Under the pieces are notes generated by a model that did no database searches, had not been told where the DNA came from, and was given only the letters and a program-made list of their open reading frames with translations. A DNA stretch of 31,866 bases from Planctomycetota bacterium (GTDB lineage Bacteria; Planctomycetota; Phycisphaerae; Phycisphaerales; UBA1924). Location of the stretch: NCBI GenBank assembly GCA_039815345.1, contig JBCBZM010000021.1, positions 1 to 31,866 of the forward strand, read 5' to 3'. Shown one piece after another: positions 1 through 8,004 of the stretch. Each line of letters begins with the position of its first letter. The first letter of the stretch is position 1. A program made the position numbers and the translations under genes.

Positions 1-374
1 AGGAGTCGGCCTCGCCCCGATTTCTTCCAGCGCGGGTCCAGCTTGTGGTACGCGGCAATGGTCTTGGCGTCTTCGTCGAGGCGGAGCATGCGGGCGATGA
101 GCGGGCGGACCTCGGCCTGCTCGGCTCGGGTGAGCGCGCGGTCGAACGTGACGCGGAGTGCTCGGCCTCTGTGGGCGGCTCGGCCTCGTTTGTTGGCATC
201 GGGCGGCTGAGAGATCACCGAGCGGGTTGGGCCCTCGGCGAGTTCGAAGATGCGGTGGAAGGCTTGGGCCTTCACGTCCCAGTGGTTGGGCGCGAGCAGG
301 AAGTAGCCGTAGGAGCAGACGTCGCGCGCGAGCTGGTAGTCGCGCGGGACCTGGATCGTAAGACGCGAACCCAT
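1..374 (-). CDS. hypothetical protein, N-terminal part only (gene runs off the window start)
   Basis: ATG at 374 on the minus strand opens a frame with no stop to position 1 (MGSRLTIQVPRDYQLARDVCSYGYFLLAPNHWDV...). It lies co-directional and 15 bp downstream of the GATase gene. It is absent from the ORF track because it is incomplete. I do not recognise the family. Confidence 0.4.
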   Translation of the reverse strand, partial: MGSRLTIQVPRDYQLARDVCSYGYFLLAPNHWDVKAQAFHRIFELAEGPTRSVISQPPDANKRGRAAHRGRALRVTFDRALTRAEQAEVRPLIARMLRLDEDAKTIAAYHKLDPRWKKSGRGRL

Positions 375-389
375 GGAATCAGGCGGCCA

Positions 390-1118
390 CTAGACAGCCA
401 TCAGGCTGTCGAACGGGAAGGCGAACGTGGCCATGTTGACGCAGACTCGGTCGGCGGCGCGGGCGAACATTTCGTAGGCGTCTTCGGCTTCGGCGGTGAC
501 CTGTCCGGGCGTGTTGCCCGCGGCTTCGATCATCGCGGCGTGCTGGTCGATCCAGGTCGGCAGCGCGTCTTGAACGACCTCGATGTGCGACTGGAACGCG
601 AACGTGCGGAGGCCGACGCGGAAGACGTGGTTCTTGCACGCCTCGCTGGAGCCGAGCAGGGCGGCGCCGGGGGGTAGTTCGGTGACCTCGCGGCTGTGGA
701 AGCAGAGTTGGCGGACGTTCCACGGCACACCCGCGAGCAGGATGTCGGTCTGGCCGGCGTGGTTGAGCTGAACGGGAACGAAGCCGGCTTCGGGCGTTTC
801 GGCCTGGGCCACCTTCCCGCCGAGGGCCTCGGCGATGATCTGGGCGCCGAGGCAGACACCGATCACAGGCAGGTCGCGCTCGTGGGCGGCTTTGGTGAAC
901 GCGCGCAGCGGCTGGAGCCACGGGTGCGACTCGTCGACATTCTGTCCGCCGCCCATGATGACGACGCCGCCGACGTTGTCGAGATCGATCGGGACGCCCT
1001 CGGCGCCGAGTTGGTCGAGGCGACGGATATCGAGCCGGAAGCCGTGATCGCGCAGCGTGGCGCCGATGCGGCCGGAGGTGCGCCAGTGGTCAAACTCGAA
1101 GACGATGATGTGGGCCAT
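390..1118 (-). CDS. class I glutamine amidotransferase-like protein (GATase1 / GMP synthase-like)
   Basis: 242-aa ORF. GVCLGAQ nucleophile-elbow motif with conserved Cys, His/Glu near the C-terminus, about 230 aa length typical of a stand-alone GATase1. Confidence 0.8.
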   Translation of the reverse strand: MAHIIVFEFDHWRTSGRIGATLRDHGFRLDIRRLDQLGAEGVPIDLDNVGGVVIMGGGQNVDESHPWLQPLRAFTKAAHERDLPVIGVCLGAQIIAEALGGKVAQAETPEAGFVPVQLNHAGQTDILLAGVPWNVRQLCFHSREVTELPPGAALLGSSEACKNHVFRVGLRTFAFQSHIEVVQDALPTWIDQHAAMIEAAGNTPGQVTAEAEDAYEMFARAADRVCVNMATFAFPFDSLMAV

Positions 1119-1148
1119 GGGCGGATGGTAGCCGCTCGGGCGCGCGTG

Positions 1149-1886
1149 TTACTCGGCCCAGCGCTCGCCGGGGGTGTCCATCGCGATGGTCGCGTCGCGG
1201 CCTTCGAGGTAGTCGTGGCGGAAGCGGACCCGGGGCGTGCGGCCGAGGGCCCAGCTGAGCATGGCCTGCGTGTCGAAGCGGTGGGCCGGGCCGAGGTCTT
1301 CACCTTCCTTGGCGGCGTAGCTGGACAGGAAGTTGAAGACGAGCGTCTTGGCGGGCGCGTTCGGGTTGGCCTCGGCGTGCCGGGTGAGGCTCTGCCAAGC
1401 TCGGTCGAGCAGGTCGGTCGCGGCCTTCTGGGTGAACGTGTTGAGCGAGCCGCTGAAGAGCAGGACCGACACGCCGTGCTCACGGATCAGACGATCGAAC
1501 AGCCGACGGTCGGCGGCGAAATCGGCTTCTTCGATGGCGGCGTTGGGCTGCTTCTCCCGCTCGAGGCGGTCGCGGCAGAACGAAGCGAGTTCGGGCACGC
1601 CCTCGACGCCGACGTAGCCCGCGTAGGGGACCCGGCGTTCGATCCATCGGGCGAGCAGATCGGCACGGCCGCAACCGAGATCGGCGACGACCCGGTCTTG
1701 AACGAAGCCCGTGTCGGTCAGCGCGTCGAAGCGGATGCGCTGGAAATCTTTGTTGCGCCAGAGAAGGGACTCGAACGTGGCGCCGGCTTCGTCCACGGCT
1801 TCCTGATAGGGCGCGAGATAGGCGGGCGTGTGCGCGGCCCGCGGAGTGGCGCCGGCTGGGTCTTTGCGTTTGCCGAAGAATCCCAT
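1149..1886 (-). CDS. class I SAM-dependent methyltransferase
   Basis: VADLGCGRADLL glycine-rich SAM-binding motif I. Start set at the internal Met (MGFFGKRKD) at 1886; the longer ORF to 2060 would overlap the kinase C-terminus. GGAG lies 9 nt upstream of this ATG. Confidence 0.75.
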   Translation of the reverse strand: MGFFGKRKDPAGATPRAAHTPAYLAPYQEAVDEAGATFESLLWRNKDFQRIRFDALTDTGFVQDRVVADLGCGRADLLARWIERRVPYAGYVGVEGVPELASFCRDRLEREKQPNAAIEEADFAADRRLFDRLIREHGVSVLLFSGSLNTFTQKAATDLLDRAWQSLTRHAEANPNAPAKTLVFNFLSSYAAKEGEDLGPAHRFDTQAMLSWALGRTPRVRFRHDYLEGRDATIAMDTPGERWAE

Positions 1887-1911
1887 GGGCGGCGCTCCGG
1901 CGCGTGCGTCG

Positions 1912-2844
1912 TCAGGCGATGCGGACCATGCGGACATAGGACTCGAAGCGTTCTTCGAGCTCTTCCTTCGAGAGCTTCTCGAAACGTTCGAGGCTGAAGG
2001 CTTCGACGTTGAAGCTGGCGATGACGGTGCCGAAGGCGAGCGAGCGGTGGACCGTTTCAAACGCGCCGGGATCGCTCTGCTTGCCGCCGCCGCCTTCGAA
2101 GGCGATGTGCCCCATCATGCCGCCGGCGAAGGAGTCGCCCGCGCCGGTGGGATCGACGACGTGCTCAGTTGGGTAAGCGGGCAGTGCGGCGATGCCGTCC
2201 TTGTGGATGAGGATGCAGCCGTGCTCGCCTTTCTTAACGACGACGAAGCGGGGGCCGTGCTCGAGGAGCTTGCGTCCCGCGGCGACGGGGTTGCGCAGGC
2301 CGGTGAAGAGTTCGGCTTCGTCGAAGTTGAGCACGAGGCCGTCGACCGTGGTGAGCAGTTGTTCGAGCTCTTCGCGTGCGATGTTGATCCAGAGGTCCAT
2401 CGTGTCGGCCACGGCCAGCGCGCGGTTGGGGAACTGCTCGAGCAGGCCCATCTGCACCGCTGGGTGGCTGTTGGCGAGGAAGATGTACTTGGAATCGTGG
2501 TAGCTCTCGGGCACGGGCGGGGGCGCCTCGCCCAGCACGCCGAGCTCGGTGAAGAGCGTGTCGCGGCGGTCCATGTCGTCGTGGTACTTGCCGCCCCAGC
2601 GGAAGGTCTTGGAGCCCTTGCGGATCTCAAGGCCTTCGTGATCGACGTTGGGGAAAGCGTCGAAGGTTTTGCGGAGTTCTGCGGGGAAGTCGTCCCCGGC
2701 CGCGCCGACAAGCCGGACGGGGCTGAAGAACGAGGCGGCGGCGGAGAAATAGACGCACGACCCGCCGAGGACGTCCTCCCGGCGTTCGCCGGTGGGGAGT
2801 TCGACGGTGTCGATGCCGATGGATCCGGTGACAATCAGGCTCAT
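1912..2844 (-). CDS. PfkB-family carbohydrate/nucleoside kinase (ribokinase-like)
   Basis: 310 aa. N-terminal GG di-glycine region and C-terminal DPTGAGDSFAGG anion-hole motif, both diagnostic of the ribokinase/PfkB superfamily. Confidence 0.85.
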   Translation of the reverse strand: MSLIVTGSIGIDTVELPTGERREDVLGGSCVYFSAAASFFSPVRLVGAAGDDFPAELRKTFDAFPNVDHEGLEIRKGSKTFRWGGKYHDDMDRRDTLFTELGVLGEAPPPVPESYHDSKYIFLANSHPAVQMGLLEQFPNRALAVADTMDLWINIAREELEQLLTTVDGLVLNFDEAELFTGLRNPVAAGRKLLEHGPRFVVVKKGEHGCILIHKDGIAALPAYPTEHVVDPTGAGDSFAGGMMGHIAFEGGGGKQSDPGAFETVHRSLAFGTVIASFNVEAFSLERFEKLSKEELEERFESYVRMVRIA

Positions 2845-2981
2845 GCGGCGAGTCTAGACCCGGGGTTTGTGACGTTGTGTAAAACCAGCGGAAGACCCTG
2901 TACCAAAGTACGAACAAACACGGTAGCGTGTGGGAGACATGACCCCGGCTGGTGGGGCCGGGAGGATCGGAGAAGACGGCG

Positions 2982-3353
2982 ATGAGCGCGATGGAAGTCG
3001 GGAAGAAGCTGGTGGCGTACCTCGAGGCGAACGAGGAACGCAAGGCGATCGAGGAGTTGTACGCCGACGACGCGGTGAGCATCGAGGCGATGGAAATGAA
3101 CCCGGGCCAGGGGCGCGAGACCAAGGGGAAGGACGCCATCCTCGCCGCGAGCGATTGGTTCTTCGAGAACATGGAAGTCCACGACGGCGGCGTCGAGGGG
3201 CCGTACCCGTTCGACGACGAGTTCATCGTGCCGATGTGGATCGATCTGACGCCGAAGGACGGGGCCCGCATGAAGATGCACGAGGCGGCCCGGTACAAGG
3301 TCAAGGACGGCAAGATTTCCGAGGTTCGGTTTTACTACGACACGAACTGCTGA
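2982..3353 (+). CDS. SnoaL/NTF2-like small protein (ketosteroid-isomerase-like fold), paralog 1
   Basis: About 123 aa from ATG 2982 (MSAMEVGKK...). GGAGG lies 15 nt upstream. Composition (FYYD end, EVHDGGVEGPYPFDDEFIVPMW) is consistent with a cone-shaped alpha+beta barrel NTF2-like protein. Tandem paralog follows. Confidence 0.65.
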   Translation: MSAMEVGKKLVAYLEANEERKAIEELYADDAVSIEAMEMNPGQGRETKGKDAILAASDWFFENMEVHDGGVEGPYPFDDEFIVPMWIDLTPKDGARMKMHEAARYKVKDGKISEVRFYYDTNC

Positions 3354-3382
3354 GTCCAGAACAACTGCTGAGACCAGAACAA
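3347..3382 (+). repeat. 18-bp tandem direct repeat x2 (ctgctgagtccagaacaa / ctgctgagaccagaacaa) at the junction of the tandem SnoaL-like genes
   Basis: One mismatch between copies. The first copy contains the stop codon of paralog 1; the second ends at the SD of paralog 2. Confidence 0.8.
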
Positions 3383-3397
3383 GGGAGGCACAGAGCG

Positions 3398-3787
3398 ATG
3401 AGTGCAATGGACGTGGGCAAGCGGCTGGTGGAGTTGTGCAAGGCGGGCGAGTACGAGCGTGCAGTGGAAGAGCTGTACGCCGACGACGCGGTGCACATCG
3501 AAGCGATGGAGTGCGAGCCCGGCGCCGGGCGTGAGACGAAGGGGAAGGCGGCGATCCTGGAGGGGACGCGGCTTTGGATGCGCACGATGGAGGTGCACGA
3601 CGGCGGCGTGGACGGGCCGTACCCGTGCGACGATGAGTTCATCGTGCCGATGTGGTCGGACTCGACACCGAGCGAGGGGCCGATGGCGGGCCAGCGGTTC
3701 ACCATGCGCGAGGCGGGGAAGTACAAAGTGAAGGACGGGAAGATTGTGGAGGGGCGGTTTTACTACGACATGGACATGGGTGGGTGA
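3398..3787 (+). CDS. SnoaL/NTF2-like small protein, paralog 2 (tandem duplicate)
   Basis: 129 aa from ATG 3398 (MSAMDVGKR...). AAGGGAGG SD lies 9 nt upstream. About 65% identical to the upstream paralog (same ELYADDAV..IEAME, GRETKGK, MEVHDGGV.GPYP.DDEFIVPMW, YKVKDGKI.E.RFYYD blocks). Confidence 0.7.
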   Translation: MSAMDVGKRLVELCKAGEYERAVEELYADDAVHIEAMECEPGAGRETKGKAAILEGTRLWMRTMEVHDGGVDGPYPCDDEFIVPMWSDSTPSEGPMAGQRFTMREAGKYKVKDGKIVEGRFYYDMDMGG

Positions 3788-3840
3788 CAAATCACCGCAC
3801 CGCCATATCTTTGCCTGAGACGCCCTTGCTATCGCGACGC

Positions 3841-4473
3841 TTACGAGCGAGCTGGGCTGAGGTCATGCCAGATGGGCGGCTTGCGAATCCGACCGACCGT
3901 CCAGAGCAAAGGCACGATCGCGATGACGCCTGTCGCGACGAGCACGCCGGTCACACCGAGCGTTTGTGCAGTCCATAGAAGCATCCGCTTGAAGGCAGCA
4001 TGCCTGCCGGCGGCATCGACGTTGGCCGCCGCTTCACTGGCAAGGAACGCGACGAGGCCGCCCGCACCCAACACGATCACAAGCGACAGAAGCGGGAACA
4101 GCGAGGCTGTCAGTGGATTCAGTTGGGTGACTTGACGACTCCAGCCGGTCACACGCTGGAGTTCTTCGAACACTTCGTCTCGCGGGCCTGACTCGAACAA
4201 ATCAAGGTTCTTCTCTTCAGACCCATTCTTTCCGGCAACCATTAGGCGGAGCGAGGTATCACGAAGATTCGATCTGACGCGCTTTACTTGAGCAAGCGGC
4301 GCCGTTCTTACAGAGTCCCCGAGGGACTCAGCAAGCGTGCCACCCGACTCCAAGGCTTCGCGAGCCGCGTTAATCTGCTCGGCGGTCAGGGATTCGGCCC
4401 ATTGCACGCTCTCAGAATCGACGGCAATCACGCCCACGTGCAGAAGCCTCGGTTCACAGTACCAAGCTCGCAT
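3841..4473 (-). CDS. hypothetical membrane protein (two C-terminal TM helices), orphan in a lower-GC islet
   Basis: 210-aa ORF with a strong SD (GGAGG 6 nt upstream of ATG 4473). Two hydrophobic helices near the C-terminus. Codon usage is atypical for the window (AGA, AGG, CTA, GTA, AAT, GAT, TTG used) and local GC is visibly lower than its flanks. Confidence 0.5.
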   Translation of the reverse strand: MRAWYCEPRLLHVGVIAVDSESVQWAESLTAEQINAAREALESGGTLAESLGDSVRTAPLAQVKRVRSNLRDTSLRLMVAGKNGSEEKNLDLFESGPRDEVFEELQRVTGWSRQVTQLNPLTASLFPLLSLVIVLGAGGLVAFLASEAAANVDAAGRHAAFKRMLLWTAQTLGVTGVLVATGVIAIVPLLWTVGRIRKPPIWHDLSPARS

Positions 4474-4552
4474 GCTCAGCCTCCGCTCTCATCGCCTGCT
4501 TTAGCGTTCGGTCCGCACGCATAATACTAGCGAAGCACCCATCGCAACTCAG

Positions 4553-6472
4553 CTACTTCGCTGCCGCCTTGGCCCATGAGTCCTTGAGCGTCACCGTGCG
4601 GTTGAAGATGGGGCGGTCGGGCGCGGCGTCCTCGTCGACGCAGAAGTACCCGTGCCGCTCGAACTGGTAGCGGCGGATGCCGTCAGGCCAGTTAGGCTCG
4701 TCATCCGTCCGACTGGCGAGGGCCGGTTCGAGTTTGGCGGCTTCGATCACTTCGAGTGAGTCAGGGTTGAGGTCGTCGAGCGGGTCGCCCGTTTTCTTGC
4801 CGGGCTGGGGCTCGGTGAAGAGGCGGTCGAACAGGCGGACCTCGGCGTTGATGGCGTGCTGAGCGCTGACCCAGTGCAGCGTGCCCTTGACCTTGCGGAC
4901 CTTGCCCTCGGCGTCGGGCGGCGGGTTGTCGCCGCCGCGGGTGTGGGGGTCGTAGGTGCAGCGCAGTTCGATGACTTCGCCCGCGTCGTCTTTGATGACT
5001 TCGTTGCACGTGATCCAGTAGGCGTAGCGGAGGCGGACCTCGCCGCCGGGTTTCAGGCGGAAGAACTTCTTGGGCGCGTCTTCCATGAAGTCTTCGCGCT
5101 CGATGTAGAGCTCGCGGGTGAACGTAACCAACCTTGTGCCGGCGGCTTCGTCCTCGGGGTTGTTGACGGCGTCCATCCATTCCGTGCCGTCGGCGTCGCG
5201 GCGATGTCCTTCGAGGTTGGGGCCTTCGAGCGTTTCGTCCCAGTTGGTGATGGTCACCTTGAGCGGGCGCAGCACGGCCAGACGGCGCGGGGCGACCTTG
5301 TTGAGATGGGCACGCTGGGCGCCTTCGAACAGGCCCAAGTCGTGCACGGCCTTGAACTTGGTCACGCCCGTGTCCAGGCTGAACGCGCGCAATGCCTCGG
5401 GCGTGCAGCCGCGACGGCGGAGACCGGAAACAGTCGGCATGCGCGGGTCGTCCCACCCGGTGACGCGGCCGTCGTCGACGAGCTGCTTGAGCTTGCGCTT
5501 GCTGGTGACGATGTAGGTCGGTTCGAGCCGGCTGAACTCGATCTGCTGGGCGTGGTGGAGACGGTCGGCGGTGTTGGCGGCGTCGCGTTCGCCGCCGGCG
5601 CCCGGGCCGCTGCCGGTTCGCTCGGGCTGACGGCCCCGATTGATCGCGTTGATGAACCAGTCGTAGAGCGGGCGGTGGTCCTCAAACTCGAGCGTGCAGA
5701 TGGAGTGCGTGACGTTCTCGATGGAGTCCTCGAGGCCGTGGGCCCAGTCGTACATCGGGTAGATGTGCCACGCCGAGCCTGTGCGGTGGTGCGGACGGTT
5801 GACGACGCGGTACATGACCGGATCGCGCAAGTTGAAGTTACTGGCGGCGAGATCGATCTTGGCGCGGAGCACGCGGGAGCCGTCGGTGAACTCGCCGGCT
5901 TTCATGCGTGCAAAGAGGTCGAGGCTCTCCTCGGCCGGGCGGTCGCGCCAGGGCGAGGGCGTGTCGGCCTTGCCCGGCCCGCCGCGGCTGGCCTTGATCT
6001 GTTCGGCGGTCTGTTCGTCGACGTACGCCAGGCCCTTGGTGATCAGCTCGCACGCCCAGGCGTACATGCGTTCGAAGTAGTCGCTGGCGAAGGTGACACC
6101 CGCTTCGCTTTCGTGGTTGTCCGGGTCGCAGCCGGTCCAGTCGCCGCCGAGCCAGCGGATGTCGCGGATGATCGAGCGGACGTATTCGGCTTCTTCTTTT
6201 TCGGGGTTGGTGTCGTCGAAGCGGAGGTAGCAGCGACCGCCGTGCTCGTGGGCGAGGCCGAAGCTGAGCACCACGGCCTTGGCGTGGCCGATGTGCATGT
6301 ACCCGTTGGGCTCGGGCGGGAAGCGCGTGGTGACGACCGAGCGATCGCCGGCGGGGCCCCACTTGCCGGCGGCCACGTCGGCGTCGATCGCCTGCTGGAT
6401 GAAGTGCTTGGTGGGCTGCGATTCGGAAGGGTTGGCACGGCTGTCGGGGCGATCTGGACGGTCTGGGCTCAT
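4553..6472 (-). CDS. glnS: glutamine--tRNA ligase (GlnRS)
   Basis: FPPEPNGYMHIGHAKA HIGH-region and LRFDDTNP block align to GlnRS; KMSKS-region equivalent present. Start chosen at Met 6472 (MSPDRPD..); Met 6484 and the longest-ORF start 6568 are alternatives. The 6568 start would run through a terminator-like hairpin. Confidence 0.88.
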   Translation of the reverse strand: MSPDRPDRPDSRANPSESQPTKHFIQQAIDADVAAGKWGPAGDRSVVTTRFPPEPNGYMHIGHAKAVVLSFGLAHEHGGRCYLRFDDTNPEKEEAEYVRSIIRDIRWLGGDWTGCDPDNHESEAGVTFASDYFERMYAWACELITKGLAYVDEQTAEQIKASRGGPGKADTPSPWRDRPAEESLDLFARMKAGEFTDGSRVLRAKIDLAASNFNLRDPVMYRVVNRPHHRTGSAWHIYPMYDWAHGLEDSIENVTHSICTLEFEDHRPLYDWFINAINRGRQPERTGSGPGAGGERDAANTADRLHHAQQIEFSRLEPTYIVTSKRKLKQLVDDGRVTGWDDPRMPTVSGLRRRGCTPEALRAFSLDTGVTKFKAVHDLGLFEGAQRAHLNKVAPRRLAVLRPLKVTITNWDETLEGPNLEGHRRDADGTEWMDAVNNPEDEAAGTRLVTFTRELYIEREDFMEDAPKKFFRLKPGGEVRLRYAYWITCNEVIKDDAGEVIELRCTYDPHTRGGDNPPPDAEGKVRKVKGTLHWVSAQHAINAEVRLFDRLFTEPQPGKKTGDPLDDLNPDSLEVIEAAKLEPALASRTDDEPNWPDGIRRYQFERHGYFCVDEDAAPDRPIFNRTVTLKDSWAKAAAK

Positions 6473-6537
6473 GGGCCTGAGCATATGCCCGACAGGACCG
6501 CGACTTGATCGTGACGTGCCCTTAGCCCGCCTCGTGC

Positions 6538-6574
6538 AACGAAAGACACGGCTCGCCCGTTGGGTCAAGCCGTG
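6538..6574 (-). terminator. putative intrinsic terminator downstream of the DM13 gene
   Basis: On the minus strand, CACGGCT...AGCCGTG (7-bp stem, 6547-6553/6568-6574) is followed by TCTTTCGTT. It sits 31 bp after the DM13 stop (6605) and upstream of glnS. Confidence 0.4.
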
Positions 6575-6604
6575 CCACCCCCGCGTTCGTGTGTTCCGGT
6601 GCGT

Positions 6605-7156
6605 TCAGCCGCTGGTGACGACGAGTTCACTGGCCGACCAGAGCTTGGTGTACTGCTCGCAGTGGATCAGCACGGTGCTGAACGAGCCGAGATCGACGCT
6701 GTCGGGGATGACGAACTCCTGAGCGCCCTTATGGCTGGCGAGCAGCCCCAGGACCGTGCCGCCTTCGAGGGCGTTCTTGCTCTTGGCCTGCTTGGTGGTG
6801 TGGGGGCTCAGGACGAGCTTGAGGTCGGGGGCTTTCTTGGTCTTGAAGTTGTCGCCCAGGCGGAGGACGCGGGAGCCGTCGTCCCGGCGGACGATTTCCC
6901 AGTAGCCTTTGGTCTTGCTGGTTTTCTTGACCCACTTGTCGCCGCTGGCGATGACCGAGTCGGCGAAGGCAGCTTCGGCGGGCGCGGTCGCGGCCGTCGT
7001 CGTGGCCGTTGTCGTGGCAACCGGCTGGGCGATGCCCGCGGCCGAGGCGGCGGTGACGCCAAAGCCGAGCACGGCGGCGGCCGCGGCTGCCTGAGCCAAG
7101 CGGGCGAAGGCGGGTGTGGTGTTCGATGCGTTCGTGTTCGTCTGGTTCGCGTTCAT
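6605..7156 (-). CDS. secreted DM13 domain-containing protein
   Basis: Start at internal Met 7156 (MNANQTNTNASNTTPAFARLAQAAAAAAVLGF...), a signal-peptide-like N-terminus, then an Ala/Thr-rich linker. The C-terminal block GYWEIVRRDDGSRVLRLGDNFKTKKAPDLKLVLS ... VLIHCEQYTKLW matches the conserved DM13 pattern (G.W..dG...L.l.nF.t..GPDL.v.L ... viwCeqF). Confidence 0.7.
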   Translation of the reverse strand: MNANQTNTNASNTTPAFARLAQAAAAAAVLGFGVTAASAAGIAQPVATTTATTTAATAPAEAAFADSVIASGDKWVKKTSKTKGYWEIVRRDDGSRVLRLGDNFKTKKAPDLKLVLSPHTTKQAKSKNALEGGTVLGLLASHKGAQEFVIPDSVDLGSFSTVLIHCEQYTKLWSASELVVTSG

Positions 7157-7377
7157 TGTTCGAAGCCTTTCTGATAGCGGCGTGACCAGGACGCCGTTCG
7201 TTCGTAACTCGCCGGGGCACACGCCGCGACAGGAGAGCGAACGCGGCGTGCCGGCCAACGATTCCGCCAATCTCAAACTTCGGCGTCTCCGCTCTGTCAC
7301 GCGGTGACGCTCTAAGGGCGGCTGCGGATACGCTCGGGCGCCGGTCGCATCCGACCTCACACGCCCAGGAGCCCGAT

Positions 7378-8004
7378 ATGGCGATCGCGACCCGACGCGA
7401 CCACGAACATGACGCCGAGGCTCTCTCGCAGGCTCTTTCTTCCGATGATGCAGCACATTGGAGCGCCGGAACGTTCGCTACGCCGCTCGGGCCGATGCTG
7501 GCCATCGCGGGCGACGCGGGGTTAACGCTGCTCGAGTTCGCGGACCGTCGAGCCCTGCCGCGGGAACTTCAAGACGTGCAGGCCGGAGGCGCCATCGCAC
7601 GCCGACCGCACGCGGTCATCGAGCAGACCGAGCACGAGCTGGGCGAGTACTTCGAAGGCCGGCGCACCCGCTTCACGATCCCGCTCGACCCGCGCGGCAC
7701 GCCGTTCGAGCGGTCGGTGTGGGATCGCCTGCTGACCATCCCGCACGGCGCCACGGCCAGCTACGCCGATATCGCGCGCACGCTCGGCAAACCGGGCGCG
7801 AGCCGGGCTATCGGGCGGGCCAACGGCGCCAACCGCATCGCCGTCGTGATCCCCTGCCACCGCGTCATCCGCAGCGACGGAGCGCTCTGCGGCTACGGCG
7901 GCGGGCTTGAACGCAAGCGGTGGCTGTTGCAGCACGAAGGCGCGGGCTTCGAAGGACAGCCGAGCCTCTTTGCCTCGGGCGGCGATCAATCCAACGCCGG
8001 ATAG
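7378..8004 (+). CDS. ogt: methylated-DNA--protein-cysteine methyltransferase
   Basis: Active-site PCHRVI motif and the preceding ASYADIAR...G.P.A.RAVG.A...N block. AGGAG lies 6 nt upstream of ATG 7378. Confidence 0.85.
   Translation: MAIATRRDHEHDAEALSQALSSDDAAHWSAGTFATPLGPMLAIAGDAGLTLLEFADRRALPRELQDVQAGGAIARRPHAVIEQTEHELGEYFEGRRTRFTIPLDPRGTPFERSVWDRLLTIPHGATASYADIARTLGKPGASRAIGRANGANRIAVVIPCHRVIRSDGALCGYGGGLERKRWLLQHEGAGFEGQPSLFASGGDQSNAG

Noticed and set aside
696-1997. 433-aa + strand ORF (and neighbouring 45..677, 379..921, 863..1483 ORFs)
   Set aside because: Antisense or out-of-frame shadows of the GATase and methyltransferase genes. In about 70% GC DNA long stop-free frames arise on every strand. 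The products are Arg/Ala/Gly-rich with no motifs.
2845-2981. Possible sigma70 promoter (TTGTGA...TAAAAC) in the divergent kinase / SnoaL intergenic region
   Set aside because: Spacing between the hexamers is about 7 bp, not 16-18. No confident -35/-10 pair could be placed, so it is left uncalled.
6473-6568. Longest-ORF N-terminus of glnS (MTQRASRVFRC...)
   Set aside because: Extension has no counterpart in GlnRS alignments and would make the coding region run through the terminator-like hairpin at 6547-6574. Internal Met at 6472/6484 preferred.
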